In this document: piece after piece, positions 1-10,018 of the stretch
How the letters are laid out: every line of letters starts with the position of its first letter
How positions within the stretch are numbered: position 1 is the first letter of the stretch
NCBI GenBank assembly: GCA_030148325.1
Contig: JASBTR010000145.1
Coordinates: 1,548 to 65,547 of the forward strand
Source of the DNA: Gammaproteobacteria bacterium
GTDB lineage: Bacteria; Pseudomonadota; Gammaproteobacteria; UBA6429; Thiohalophilaceae
DNA: 64,000 nucleotides
Direction of reading: 5' to 3'
Notes under the pieces: model-generated
Database searches by the model: none
The model's input: only the letters and a program-made list of their open reading frames with translations
Told to the model about the DNA's origin: nothing
Program-made: the position numbers and the translations under genes

Positions 1-509
1 TACTTCAGGCGATGGAAGAACAGGCAAAAGCCAAAGAAGAAAGTGTCGGCACCGAGGTTATTCGTCATATTGAAAAGGCCGTTACCCTGCAGGTGCTGGA
101 TAACCAGTGGCGGGATCATCTGGCGCTGATGGATCAGTTGCGCCAGGGGATCCATTTGCGCGGTTATGCACAGAAAAATCCAAAACAGGAATATAAACGC
201 GAGTCCTTTGAACTGTTTGGTGAAATGCTGGAACGCATCAAACACGAGGTGATTAGCATACTCTGTCGAGTGCAGGTGCAGAGCGAGGAAGATGTGGCGG
301 CAATTGAAGCGCAGCGCCGGCAGCAACAACATGCGGGTGAAATGGAATTTCAGCATGCCGAAGCCAGTGCCATGACTGAAGAAGGAACCGAGGACGAAGC
401 CGTCGCCGCAACACCTTATGTGCGTGAAGGACGCAAGGTTGGGCGTAACGAACCCTGTCCCTGTGGTTCCGGGAAAAAGTACAAACAGTGTCATGGCAAG
501 CTGCAGTAA
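1..509 (+). CDS. secA: Preprotein translocase ATPase SecA, C-terminal fragment (5' end outside window)
   Basis: ORF 12..509 stays open to the window edge. It has the SecA C-terminal region and the terminal zinc-binding tail [15 protein letters not shown]. Confidence 0.9.
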   Translation, partial: LQAMEEQAKAKEESVGTEVIRHIEKAVTLQVLDNQWRDHLALMDQLRQGIHLRGYAQKNPKQEYKRESFELFGEMLERIKHEVISILCRVQVQSEEDVAAIEAQRRQQQHAGEMEFQHAEASAMTEEGTEDEAVAATPYVREGRKVGRNEPCPCGSGKKYKQCHGKLQ

Positions 510-525
510 TATTTTTTTGTTTTTT

Positions 526-653
526 AACGCAAAGACGCGATGGCGCAAAGATCGTAAAGGACTTCCCTTGAAGTAACCAGTATATGTAGGGTGATGAGAT
601 GTTTACCTCCTTCATTTTAATTCAAATTTTTTGCGCCATCGCGTCTTTGCGTT
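526..653. repeat. Word-built palindrome, CGCARAG family: perfect 24-bp arms
   Basis: AACGCAAAGACGCGATGGCGCAAA (526..549) and its exact reverse complement (630..653), with an 80-nt spacer, just after the secA stop. Confidence 0.9.
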
Positions 654-674
654 GAGATTTTTCAGGCTTCTTCA

Positions 675-1898
675 TTGCAGATGAGCATTATGAATACATC
701 CTCAGATTCACCATTACATCCTGTCGCCGGTATCCGCCTGGCTACGGCCTGTGCCGGGATCAAAAAACCGGATCACCGTGATCTGGTGGTCATCGAAATT
801 GCCGAAGGCAGTCAAACGGCTGCGGTTTTTACACAGAATGCATTTTGTGCAGCACCGGTCATCGTTGCCCGGGAACATCTGGCTGTGACTACACCAGGCT
901 ATCTGCTGGTGAACACAGGCAATGCCAATGCCGGTACGGGTAAACAGGGGCTGGCCGATGCGCGCGCCTGCTGTCAGGCGGTGGCGACAGCAGCGGGATG
1001 CCAGGTTGAAGCCGTGTTGCCGTTTTCCACCGGTGTTATCGGCGAACCCCTGCCAGTGGATAAAATCACGGCGGCGGTTCCGGCGGCGCTGGATAAACTG
1101 GAGGTGGCTGCCTGGGAGGATGCTACATGGGGAATCCTGACGACAGATACAAAACCTAAATGCCTGTCCAGAAAACTGAACATTGACGGGCAGTCTATCT
1201 GCCTGACTGGCATGGCCAAGGGTTCGGGGATGATCCGGCCTGACATGGCGACCATGCTGGCTTATATCGCCACTGATGCCGAAATCGATGCACCTGATCT
1301 GCAGGCCTGTTTGCAAAGCGCGGTGGATCAGTCTTTCAACCGCATTACGGTTGATGGCGACACCTCGACCAATGATGCCTGCCTGTTGATGGCTACGGGT
1401 AAGAGTGGTCTGTGCCTGAAACAGGGGGATGCCGGGTTTGAACTGTTTTCACAGGCGCTGAATGAGCTTTGTGTGGAACTGGCCAAAGCCATGGTTCGTG
1501 ACGGTGAAGGTGCGACCAAGTTGATCAATATTGAAGTCATGACAGGGACTTCAACGGAAGAATGTCTTGATGTAGCCTATACCATTGCACATTCGCCGCT
1601 GGTGAAAACCGCCTTCTTCGCCAGCGATCCCAACTGGGGACGGATTCTGGCCGCGGTCGGTCGCGCCCCGGTGAGCAAGCTGGATCTGGATAAGGTTAAA
1701 ATTTATCTCGATGAAGTCTGTATCGTGGAGCATGGTGGACGTTCACCGGGTTACACGGAAGAACAGGGTCAGCAGGTGATGGATCGGAATGAAATCACGG
1801 TGCGGGTTGAACTCGGCCGCGGTCAGGCACAGGCCAATGTCTGGACCTGTGACTTTTCCTATGATTATGTGCGCATTAATGCTGAATACCGCACCTGA
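675..1898 (+). CDS. argJ: Bifunctional glutamate N-acetyltransferase / amino-acid acetyltransferase ArgJ
   Basis: 407-aa ORF with ArgJ hallmarks (GILTTDT, PDMATMLAYIATDA self-cleavage region, C-terminal YVRINAEYRT). The track start is TTG; the ATG at about 681 is more likely. Confidence 0.9.
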   Translation: MQMSIMNTSSDSPLHPVAGIRLATACAGIKKPDHRDLVVIEIAEGSQTAAVFTQNAFCAAPVIVAREHLAVTTPGYLLVNTGNANAGTGKQGLADARACCQAVATAAGCQVEAVLPFSTGVIGEPLPVDKITAAVPAALDKLEVAAWEDATWGILTTDTKPKCLSRKLNIDGQSICLTGMAKGSGMIRPDMATMLAYIATDAEIDAPDLQACLQSAVDQSFNRITVDGDTSTNDACLLMATGKSGLCLKQGDAGFELFSQALNELCVELAKAMVRDGEGATKLINIEVMTGTSTEECLDVAYTIAHSPLVKTAFFASDPNWGRILAAVGRAPVSKLDLDKVKIYLDEVCIVEHGGRSPGYTEEQGQQVMDRNEITVRVELGRGQAQANVWTCDFSYDYVRINAEYRT

Positions 1899-1912
1899 AG
1901 GAATCGTATCTT

Positions 1913-2866
1913 ATGGGCAAGTCATCTGATCCCATTCATGTTGCCGTTGGCGTGATTATCAACCATGCCGGTGAAGTGCTGATCAGCCAACGGGCGGAAC
2001 AGAGCCATCAGGGTGGCTTATGGGAATTTCCCGGCGGCAAGCTGGAAGATAATGAACCAGTGCAGGCTGCGCTCGCCCGTGAACTGGAAGAAGAACTGGG
2101 AATTCAGGTTCAACAATGTGAGCCCCTGATTCGTATTCACCACGACTATGCTGACAGGCCTGTGTTGCTCGATGTGTGGTGCGTCACCCGATTTGAGGGA
2201 ACACCGACGGGACGGGAAGGTCAGCCCCTGTGCTGGATTGATCCTGCTGCACTGGACGGTCGTGTTTTTCCGGCGGCCAACCTGCCAATCATCAAGGCGC
2301 TGCAGCTGCCGCATGAATATCTGATCACCGGTAAATTTTCCGACAAGGAAGACTTTATTCGGCGACTGCAGAACGCGCTGGAGCAGGGCATTCGCCTGGT
2401 TCAGTTTCGTCCGCGCACTGCCCTGACCGAAGCGGACTATGCCGTGCTGGTAGAACAGGCGATGCAACTGACCCGATCCTATGGGGCAAAGTTACTACTG
2501 AATACGTCAGTGGCGGAGTTTGCAAAACATGAGGTCGACGGACTGCATCTGAACAGCGATGCGCTCATGGCCTGTAATAAACGGCCGATTTCGAAAGACA
2601 AATGGTTATGTGCATCGGTGCATGATGAAACAGAACTGGCGCAGGCGAACAGCATTGATGTGGACTTCATTATGCTTTCGCCGGTGTTGCCGACACAGTC
2701 GCACCCCGGTGCGTCAATGCTGGGCTGGGATCGCTTCCATGCGCTGACGGAAAAATCCCACAGTCCGGTTTTTGCCCTCGGCGGCATGGATAGCAGTCAG
2801 CTTGCGCTGGCGCGGGAAAAGGGCGCCCAGGGAATTGCCGCGATTACCGCCTTCTGGGGGCGTTGA
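1913..2866 (+). CDS. Nudix (MutT-like) hydrolase fused to a thiamine-phosphate-synthase/TenI-like domain
   Basis: N-terminal Nudix box (GGLWEFPGGKLEDNEPVQAALARELEEELG) and C-terminal ThiE-like TIM region (FALGG..). The same fusion and the argJ-adjacent position are known in Pseudomonas. Confidence 0.8.
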   Translation: MGKSSDPIHVAVGVIINHAGEVLISQRAEQSHQGGLWEFPGGKLEDNEPVQAALARELEEELGIQVQQCEPLIRIHHDYADRPVLLDVWCVTRFEGTPTGREGQPLCWIDPAALDGRVFPAANLPIIKALQLPHEYLITGKFSDKEDFIRRLQNALEQGIRLVQFRPRTALTEADYAVLVEQAMQLTRSYGAKLLLNTSVAEFAKHEVDGLHLNSDALMACNKRPISKDKWLCASVHDETELAQANSIDVDFIMLSPVLPTQSHPGASMLGWDRFHALTEKSHSPVFALGGMDSSQLALAREKGAQGIAAITAFWGR

Positions 2867-2941
2867 GTCTGAACTCGGACCAGGAAGTTTATATGTGTTA
2901 ATAACACCGGTAGGTGCGCCTTCAGGCGCACAGCCCAGTAG

Positions 2942-2974
2942 GGTGGGCACGATTTTTGTGCCCACGCGGAAGAC
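2942..2974. repeat. GGGCACGATTTTTGTGCCC hairpin module with GCGGAAGAYTG tail (copy 1; copy 2 at 40892..40926)
   Basis: Near-identical 33-nt strings at both sites. A related GTGCGCCTTCAGGCGCAC hairpin lies just upstream (about 2908..2925). Confidence 0.8.
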
Positions 2975-2981
2975 TGAATAG

Positions 2982-3482
2982 GTGCATTTTTTTCCTGTGC
3001 TGAAAAAAATATTTTCTTCAATGTTGTTTGTCGTTGTGGCAGCTGTTTTTTTATATGGCCTGTATCTGCAGTTTGCCAATAAAAATATAACCGAGCAGAC
3101 TGCGACCGGCGTTATCAATTTTCCCTATCCAGATTGTCGGCCTGAGCTTGCACCCTGTAGCGTCGCTCTGGGAGACAGACAGATACGTTTTTTCCTGCCG
3201 AAAAAAGCGTTTTATTTGCAGGTTTTTCCAGTTGAAATTTCGTTAGCGGGGTTTGTCGGGAGCCAGCCTGACGCTGTCAGTGTTCGCTTCGAGATGCCTG
3301 GGATGAATATGGCCGACAATCAGGTGCAACTGTCTGTAAATGATGGGCGCTGGCGTGGCAGGGCCATGTTGCCGGTTTGTATCTCAGGTCGTAGCGACTG
3401 GCAGGCGGTGGTTGATGTTAAAGTCAAAGAAAAAACTTACCGCGCTATTTTCAGCTTCGTTGTCGCTGAAAAAAACGGATAG
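2982..3482 (+). CDS. Hypothetical membrane-anchored protein
   Basis: ORF with one N-terminal hydrophobic helix (MLFVVVAAVFLYGLYL). No recognisable motif; start uncertain. Confidence 0.4.
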   Translation: MHFFPVLKKIFSSMLFVVVAAVFLYGLYLQFANKNITEQTATGVINFPYPDCRPELAPCSVALGDRQIRFFLPKKAFYLQVFPVEISLAGFVGSQPDAVSVRFEMPGMNMADNQVQLSVNDGRWRGRAMLPVCISGRSDWQAVVDVKVKEKTYRAIFSFVVAEKNG

Positions 3483-3492
3483 CTAATGTTCT

Positions 3493-3711
3493 TTATTCGT
3501 GCTCATCGGGATCGAGCAAATTCTCTGGCATAATAGTTTCACCCTTTATCCGGTGTTCTTCGCTGGCCCAGTCACCCAGATCAATCAGTTTACAGCGTTC
3601 GCAGCAAAAGGGGCGCCACGGATTCTCTTTGCTCCAGCTAACCTCTTTGCCACAGGTTGGGCAGCTTACGATTTTCTGTTTCGCTGTTTTTTTCTTCACA
3701 GCGCGCAACAC
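3493..3711 (-). CDS. yacG: DNA gyrase inhibitor YacG (zinc finger)
   Basis: CPTCGK...[22 protein letters not shown] matches the YacG zinc-ribbon. GTG start overlaps the zapD stop. Confidence 0.85.
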   Translation of the reverse strand: MLRAVKKKTAKQKIVSCPTCGKEVSWSKENPWRPFCCERCKLIDLGDWASEEHRIKGETIMPENLLDPDEHE

Positions 3712-4520
3712 CAGAGTTTGAATTCAACGTCATCCCTGGTCTGCAGGGGGCGGCCTTTTTCCTGTGGCTCGAGCATGCGGATGGTAAAGCGGTGTTTACC
3801 GGCGCTGATTTCGGGGAAATAATTGGCTTCTGCGGGCAGGCTGACGCGTAGCAGCTGTACCGGTGTGCTGCTGTCCGGGTTTTGTTGATAGAACCCCTGC
3901 TCTGCAGTAACAGGGTGGGGATCGGCGCCTTCACGCAGAATAGCCAGAATCAGATTGAGGGGAGTTGAAATGACGGTAAGACTCTCATACCACTGTTCCA
4001 GTACGTCCATGCGTTTTTCCGGAACCTGCTGCAGCCAGAAATGATAGGCAGGCAGATCGAAACTGCAGCAGCCACAGGTGATGCTACTGCGCTGGCGCAG
4101 GCTGTTAAGAAGTTCATTGTCGCGCAGGGGCTGCCCCAGTTGTTCGCTGTGGTTATGCAGTTTTTCCTGCGCCTGTTGTAACTGGGTGAGGATGCTATCC
4201 AGTTGCTGGTGATCGACGCCGTGCATATTTCGTAGACTGGTGAGTTCAGTTTGCTGGTGATCCAGCTCTTTGAATATCTCGGTTTTCAGATCGCCGCGGG
4301 AGAGTATTTCCAGAATATCGATCAACCCGGCAATCGTAGCCCGGCTGTCCCAGACTGAGAAGCCGCGCATGTTGTAGGTCGTTTGCTGAAATAAATGCTC
4401 CAGACGCATGAATGTGCGCATGCGTTCGTTGAGCGGTTGTTCGTAAATAATCGTATTTTCCACAGCTACTTCACTATTGGAGGGATAGCGAATTGTCGTG
4501 CAAATCAGCGGCTTTGGCAA
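3696..4520 (-). CDS. zapD: Cell division protein ZapD (YacF)
   Basis: [23 protein letters not shown] matches the ZapD N-terminus. The true start is probably the GTG near 4463, since the longer ORF overlaps the coaE stop. Confidence 0.8.
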   Translation of the reverse strand: MPKPLICTTIRYPSNSEVAVENTIIYEQPLNERMRTFMRLEHLFQQTTYNMRGFSVWDSRATIAGLIDILEILSRGDLKTEIFKELDHQQTELTSLRNMHGVDHQQLDSILTQLQQAQEKLHNHSEQLGQPLRDNELLNSLRQRSSITCGCCSFDLPAYHFWLQQVPEKRMDVLEQWYESLTVISTPLNLILAILREGADPHPVTAEQGFYQQNPDSSTPVQLLRVSLPAEANYFPEISAGKHRFTIRMLEPQEKGRPLQTRDDVEFKLWCCAL

Positions 4521-5113
4521 CTGTCGGTAAGCTGATTGTAGAACTGATACATTTTTTCAACCTGCTGTCGAAGCTGGTCAAGAGAACCATCATTGACAAT
4601 GATATCATCGGCTGCATCAAGTCGGGACTGACGTGTAGTCTGGCTGGCAATAATTTTCTCAACTTCATCAGGGTCAACATTATCACGCATAACTGTGCGG
4701 GAAACTTGCAGCTCGGCTGGCGCATCGACCAGCAGAATTCGTTGTACGAGGTCCTGCTGTTTGCTTTCCAGCAACAGGGGAATGACGATGATACTCCAGG
4801 GTGCATTAAGCATGCGAAGACGGTTTTTGACTTGCTCACGAATACGTGGATGGATAATCATTTCCAGTTGTTTACGTTTATCGGGCTGGTCAAAGATGAG
4901 CTGACGCAGGGCACGGCGGTCGAGACTACCGTCCGGGGTCAAAATGTCTGTACCGAATGTGGCTGCAATTTCTGACAACGCCGGCTGACCGGGGGCAACC
5001 AGTTCACGCGCAATTATATCGGTGTCGATAATCGGCGCGCCGAGTTCGGCGAAGTAATCCGAAACCAGTGTTTTGCCACTGCCAATGCCGCCGGTTAAGC
5101 CTATCGCAAGCAT
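4505..5113 (-). CDS. coaE: Dephospho-CoA kinase
   Basis: N-terminal P-loop IGLTGGIGSGKT, about 200 aa, in the conserved pilD-coaE-yacG neighbourhood. Confidence 0.9.
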   Translation of the reverse strand: MLAIGLTGGIGSGKTLVSDYFAELGAPIIDTDIIARELVAPGQPALSEIAATFGTDILTPDGSLDRRALRQLIFDQPDKRKQLEMIIHPRIREQVKNRLRMLNAPWSIIVIPLLLESKQQDLVQRILLVDAPAELQVSRTVMRDNVDPDEVEKIIASQTTRQSRLDAADDIIVNDGSLDQLRQQVEKMYQFYNQLTDSCQSR

Positions 5114-5142
5114 GGTTAGCCTTCATATGGAAGGGGCGAGAT

Positions 5143-5308
5143 TAAACGCGGAGGACGCAGAGGCGCAGAGGCGCAGAGAAAAAAATTTATTTTGATAGTC
5201 ATTGATTCAACCTGTATTGATTATACACGGCAGCCTCAGGGAAAAAGGTAAATGCATTTGCAAATAAATTTATAAAACACCTTTGCGCCTCTGCGTCCTC
5301 CGCGTTTA
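5143..5308. repeat. Word-built palindrome, CGCAGAG family: ~25-bp arms
   Basis: TAAACGCGGAGGACGCAGAGGCGCA (5143..5167) pairs with 5284..5308. An extra GCGCAGAG tandem copy lies inside. Sits between coaE and pilD. Confidence 0.85.
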
Positions 5309-5333
5309 TCAAAATACTATCACAGTGGCTCGT

Positions 5334-6221
5334 TTAGGCGGCGATCCATTGCAGATAGGCATGATTGATAGCTTCACCCCAGAGCAGGGCAATCCAGCCT
5401 GCGGCGGCGAGGAAGGGGCCAAACGGGATGGGGATGCCGCGCTGGTGCTGGTTGCTGGCAATCAGCAGGATTCCAATGACGGCGCCAACAAGGGATGAGA
5501 GCAGGATAATCACGGGTAACATCTGCCAGCCCAGCCAGGCGCCGAGCATGGCCAGTAATTTAAAGTCACCAAAGCCCATGCCTTCTTTGCCGGTAAGTTG
5601 CTTGAACAGCATATAGACCGACCACAGGATCAGATAGCCGGCGGCTGCGCCGATTACGGCGGATTCCAGATCGGTAAATAGATTTTGCGTGTTGAGCAAC
5701 AGGCCAAGCCAGAGAAAGGGCAGGGTGATGGAGTCCGGCAGGTATTGTTCATCCAGATCGATGAAGGCCAGTGCAATCAGCGCCCAGCTCAGGAGGATGG
5801 CGAAGGCTGCCTCTGTGCTGACGCCAAAGCGCCATGCACAGGCCAGGCTTAAAATAGCTGTTAAAATTTCAATTGCAGGATAGCGCAGAGAGATCGCTGT
5901 TTTACACTCGGCGCAACGGCCACGCAAAAATAGATAGCTGATGATGGGGATGTTCTCCCAGACAGTAATGGCATGGCCACATTGCGGGCAGTGGGAGCGA
6001 GGCGTATTGAGGTTGAAGACCTGCGCGTCTTCTTTATTCTCAGGCTGGGCGCGGCCTTCTTCTTCGGCCAGGAAGGCCTGACATTCGGATTTCCAGCTTC
6101 TTTTGAGCATGACAGGCAGGCGGTAAATCACGACATTGAGAAAGCTGCCGACGATCAGTCCCAGCAGAAATGTAGTGAGATAATAAAACTCGGTATGTTG
6201 CTGGAATAATTCGTTCAGCAT
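5334..6221 (-). CDS. pilD: Prepilin leader peptidase / N-methyltransferase (A24 family)
   Basis: Zinc-binding CPQCGH...CAECK pair, polytopic membrane profile, immediately downstream of pilC. Confidence 0.9.
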   Translation of the reverse strand: MLNELFQQHTEFYYLTTFLLGLIVGSFLNVVIYRLPVMLKRSWKSECQAFLAEEEGRAQPENKEDAQVFNLNTPRSHCPQCGHAITVWENIPIISYLFLRGRCAECKTAISLRYPAIEILTAILSLACAWRFGVSTEAAFAILLSWALIALAFIDLDEQYLPDSITLPFLWLGLLLNTQNLFTDLESAVIGAAAGYLILWSVYMLFKQLTGKEGMGFGDFKLLAMLGAWLGWQMLPVIILLSSLVGAVIGILLIASNQHQRGIPIPFGPFLAAAGWIALLWGEAINHAYLQWIAA

Positions 6222-6238
6222 TCAATTCTGCTGCGGTT

Positions 6239-7462
6239 TTACCCGCCGACCACCTTACCCATCTGGAAGATAGGCATGTACATGGCAATTACCAGACCAC
6301 CGATTAAGACACCGAGGACTGCCATAATCAGGGGTTCCAGCAGACTACTCAGGCCATCCACGGCGTTATCGACCTCTTCTTCGTAGAAGTCAGCCACTTT
6401 GGAAAGCATGGTATCCATGGAGCCGGCCTCTTCGCCGATGGCGGTCATTTGCACGACCATGTTGGGGAACAGGTTAGCCTGTTTCATAGCGACGTTGAGC
6501 TGGGTGCCGGTAGAGACTTCATCACGCATGCGCAGGACGGCATCACTATAAACCACGTTACCTACTGCACCGGCTACAGACTCCATTGCTTCCACCAGAG
6601 GTACGCCGGCCGCGAACATGGTGGCCAAAGTGCGGGCATAGCGTGCAATCGCCGCCTTGCGCAGAATGGGGCCGATGATCGGTGCGTGTAACAGGGTTTT
6701 ATCGAGAAAGACATTAAAGCCTTTGGAGCGTTTCTTGGTCTGGAGCAAACCATAAACGGCCAGACCGATGGCTCCGAAGATTGCCCACCAGTAAGTCTGG
6801 AAGACTTTGGATAATTCAATCACAAATTTGGTTATAGCAGGCAGGTCAGCGCCAAAGCCGGAAAACAGGTCTTCAAACATGGGGATGACAAAGATTAGCA
6901 GGATAGTAGTGATAATAAAGGCCACGATCATAACCGCTGTGGGGTAGAACAGTGCTTTTTTAATTTTTCCCTTGATAGCCTCGGTTTTTTCCTTGTAGGT
7001 GGCAACCTTGTCGAGGATGCTGTCGAGGATACCGGCATGCTCACCAGCCTGTACCAGATTGCAGTACAGTTCATCAAATTGATAGGGGTGTTTTTTTAGC
7101 GAGTCAGAGAGATTGCTGCCGCTTTCGATATCCGTTTTAATGGTGGATAGTAATTCCTGCATGCCTTTGTTCTCATGGCCGCGGCCGATAATGTCAAAGG
7201 CCTGGACCAGGGGTACTCCTGAACTCATCATAGTGGCCAGTTGGCGACTGAAAATAGAGATATCTGCTGCCTTAACTTTCCTGCTGCCGCTGAACAGTGG
7301 CGTTGCTCTTTTCTTGACTTTAGTCGGGTTGATGCCCTGGCGGCGCAGATTGGCCTTAACCAGTGCAAGGCTGGGACTGCTTGTTTCACCCTTGACGACC
7401 TGCCCTTTGCTGTCCTTGCCTTCCCAGAGGAAGGTGCTTTTCTTTAATGCTTTTTCCGCCAT
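6239..7462 (-). CDS. pilC: Type IV pilus assembly platform protein PilC (GspF family)
   Basis: 407 aa with duplicated GspF-type domains and a C-terminal ...LIGGLVIAMYMPIF. Lies between pilB and pilD. Confidence 0.9.
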   Translation of the reverse strand: MAEKALKKSTFLWEGKDSKGQVVKGETSSPSLALVKANLRRQGINPTKVKKRATPLFSGSRKVKAADISIFSRQLATMMSSGVPLVQAFDIIGRGHENKGMQELLSTIKTDIESGSNLSDSLKKHPYQFDELYCNLVQAGEHAGILDSILDKVATYKEKTEAIKGKIKKALFYPTAVMIVAFIITTILLIFVIPMFEDLFSGFGADLPAITKFVIELSKVFQTYWWAIFGAIGLAVYGLLQTKKRSKGFNVFLDKTLLHAPIIGPILRKAAIARYARTLATMFAAGVPLVEAMESVAGAVGNVVYSDAVLRMRDEVSTGTQLNVAMKQANLFPNMVVQMTAIGEEAGSMDTMLSKVADFYEEEVDNAVDGLSSLLEPLIMAVLGVLIGGLVIAMYMPIFQMGKVVGG

Positions 7463-7573
7463 GTGTTAATTCCTGTCAATCTACTGGCTTACTGCAAATT
7501 CAGTATTGCGTCATACGCTGGCTTTTGAAGATACATTATTGGGTTTTACGCTCGCTTTGCCCAACAGGTCGCC

Positions 7574-9322
7574 TCACTCTTTGGTAACCCGATTTAGTTC
7601 ATCGAGGCTGGTGACGCCGTTTTTCACTTTCAGCAGGCCTGACTGACGCAAATCCGGTATGCCTTCCTTTTGTGCCTGTTCTGCCAGTTCCATTGCATTG
7701 TTGCCTGCCATGATCATGCGTCCCATTTCTTCCGACAGAGGCATGACCTGATAGATACCGACACGCCCTTTATAACCATCGCTGCACTGGTCACAGCCTT
7801 TTGGACCATAAACTTTCAGTCCTTCGGCAACTTCTTTTTCAGCAAAACCCTCTTCCAGCAGGGCTTCCTTTGGAATGTCGAGTACCTGCTTGCATTCATT
7901 ACACAGACGTCGCGCCAGACGCTGGGCAATAATCAGGTTTACCGCAGAGGCGATGTTGTAGGGTGCTACGCCCATGTTGACCATGCGGGTCAGGGTTTGG
8001 GGGGCATCATTGGTATGCAGGGTGGATAATACCATGTGACCGGTCTGGGCGGCCTTGATAGCGATTTCGGCGGTTTCGATATCACGAATTTCGCCGACCA
8101 GAATAATGTCAGGATCCTGACGCAGGAAGGCACGCAGTGCGCTGGTGAAATCCAGTCCAACCTTGGGATTGACATTGACCTGGTTGACGCCGGCGAGGTT
8201 GATTTCCACTGGATCTTCGGCGGTGGAAATGTTGTTGTTCGGTATATTGAGGATATTGACACCGGTATAAAGTGTCACCGTCTTGCCGCTGCCGGTTGGT
8301 CCCGTAACCAGAAACATGCCATAGGGTTTGTGCAGCGCTTCGAGAAACAGTTCCTTTTGTTCTGGTTCAAAGCCCAGCGCATCCACGCCCAGTTTGGCGC
8401 TGTTGGGATCCAGGATGCGCAGCACGATTTTTTCCCCAAACAGGGTTGGGCAGGTGTTGACACGAAAATCGATGGCGCGATTTTTTGATAGATTCAGTTT
8501 GATTCGGCCATCCTGAGGCAGCCGACGTTCGGAAATATCCAGTCGTGACATAACCTTGAGTCGGGCTGACAGGCGTGGCGCCATATTAACAGGCGGCGCG
8601 GCTACTTCTTTTAGCACCCCGTCTATGCGGAAACGTACACGATAGTTTTTTTCATAGGGCTCAAAGTGAATATCAGAGGCCCCCTTGTTGATGGCATCGA
8701 GCAGCACCTTGTTGACAAAACGCACGACCGGAGTGTCATCCGCTTCAGATTCGGTGACAGCACCCTGGTCTTCTTCCTCATCAGCAAATTCGACATCATC
8801 GAGATCGGCATCTCCCAGCTCTGAAAGACTGGTATCGCTCTCTTCCATGGCCTTGTCGATAATGCGGCCGAGTTTATCATCCAGCACCAGGATGGGTTCG
8901 GTCGGGATGCCGACATGGAATTTGACTTCATCCAGTGCCTGCAGGTTGGTGGGGTCGGAAACAGCGATATACAGACGGTTGCCGCGCTTGAAAATGGGCA
9001 GGCTGCGATGCTTGCGGATCAGGTTTTCCTTGACCAGCTTGATGGTGTCGGGTTCGATGTTAATGCTGTCGATGTCAAACAGGGGCACGCCGAATTCTTC
9101 TGCAGCTGAGCGGGCAATGGTCTGGCTGTCCACAATTTTCTTGCTGACCAGGTGGGTTACAAAGGGGATTTTTTCCTTTTGCGCCGCTTTCTGGGCCGTC
9201 ATGGCCTGTTCATCACTGAGCATGCCATCGGCAATCAGGCGGCGTGCGAGACCGCCGAGGTGAACTTGAGTTGCAGGAGTTGCCATAATCTTGGTCAGTA
9301 TGTTCCAGTTTAATTCGCCCAA
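7574..9322 (-). CDS. pilB: Type IV pilus assembly ATPase PilB (GspE family)
   Basis: Walker A GPTGSGKT, Asp/His boxes, and the tetracysteine motif CNECK...CDQC. The track start is TTG; the ATG at about 9286 (MATPATQVHLGGLARRL) is more likely. Confidence 0.9.
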   Translation of the reverse strand: MGELNWNILTKIMATPATQVHLGGLARRLIADGMLSDEQAMTAQKAAQKEKIPFVTHLVSKKIVDSQTIARSAAEEFGVPLFDIDSINIEPDTIKLVKENLIRKHRSLPIFKRGNRLYIAVSDPTNLQALDEVKFHVGIPTEPILVLDDKLGRIIDKAMEESDTSLSELGDADLDDVEFADEEEDQGAVTESEADDTPVVRFVNKVLLDAINKGASDIHFEPYEKNYRVRFRIDGVLKEVAAPPVNMAPRLSARLKVMSRLDISERRLPQDGRIKLNLSKNRAIDFRVNTCPTLFGEKIVLRILDPNSAKLGVDALGFEPEQKELFLEALHKPYGMFLVTGPTGSGKTVTLYTGVNILNIPNNNISTAEDPVEINLAGVNQVNVNPKVGLDFTSALRAFLRQDPDIILVGEIRDIETAEIAIKAAQTGHMVLSTLHTNDAPQTLTRMVNMGVAPYNIASAVNLIIAQRLARRLCNECKQVLDIPKEALLEEGFAEKEVAEGLKVYGPKGCDQCSDGYKGRVGIYQVMPLSEEMGRMIMAGNNAMELAEQAQKEGIPDLRQSGLLKVKNGVTSLDELNRVTKE

Positions 9323-9556
9323 CTTTGTTCGTTAAGCAGGGTAAGGCGAAAATGCCAAAAAACCCATCTGTTATAACCATTTGGCATAGCCATTTCAAGC
9401 AGTTATCGAAGATTTCTGGATCTGGTTCAAGTTTATTTATCGGCGCAGGCAGGGGGAACTTGATTTAAGAGTGCCAAAATTGCGAGCTATTTCCCAATGA
9501 GCAATTTCGCCAGCTGGAGATTCAAGCAGCGAAGCGCTATTTTTCCAGAGAAAGGC

Positions 9557-10018
9557 TTAGTTACTATCCACTATTACATCGTTAGCTGTCAGCATATTTT
9601 GCCCCGTTGCGGTGACGGTATAACACTGGGTTGGGTCGCCTGCGCCATTTACGGCGCCAGCACCGCCTCCACCGCCCAGGACACAGTTTGTGACCACATA
9701 GGAAAAATTCAGGTTGGCGATATTGGCGGCATCCGTCAGTGTGGGATCCCAGGGCGTCGGTAGCCACCGGCGGTTACTGTTGTTGATAAGATTCTGAGTA
9801 GAGGCGCCAATGAAGAAATTCCCGCTTTCTTCAAAGAACTCGAGCTGGGCGAGGTGCAGGAGGGCAATGCTGTCGGCGCCTTCGGCCATGCGGGCCGTGC
9901 GGATGTAGCCGTTATAGGCGGGAATAGCGATAGCGGCAAGAATACCGAGTATGACCATAGCCACCATAATTTCAATTAGGGTGTAGCCGGTATGTGATTG
10001 TTGACGACAATGAAGCAT
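9557..10018 (-). CDS. pilA: Type IV pilin paralogue 1 (pilB-proximal), unusual Tyr at +1
   Basis: Class III signal [40 protein letters not shown] with Glu5. C-terminal Cys pair (TNC...TQC). Confidence 0.85.
   Translation of the reverse strand: MLHCRQQSHTGYTLIEIMVAMVILGILAAIAIPAYNGYIRTARMAEGADSIALLHLAQLEFFEESGNFFIGASTQNLINNSNRRWLPTPWDPTLTDAANIANLNFSYVVTNCVLGGGGGAGAVNGAGDPTQCYTVTATGQNMLTANDVIVDSN

Noticed and set aside
6170-6240. Apparent 1-nt inconsistency between my manual reading of the pilD 5' end (ATG seemed to be at 6220..6222) and the ORF track (start 6221)
   Set aside because: Two independent track ORFs (5334..6221 and 6040..6288) translate continuously through this region, so I treat it as my own miscount of A/T homopolymers and not a pilD frameshift. 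It does mean my hand-derived coordinates can be off by 1-2 nt.
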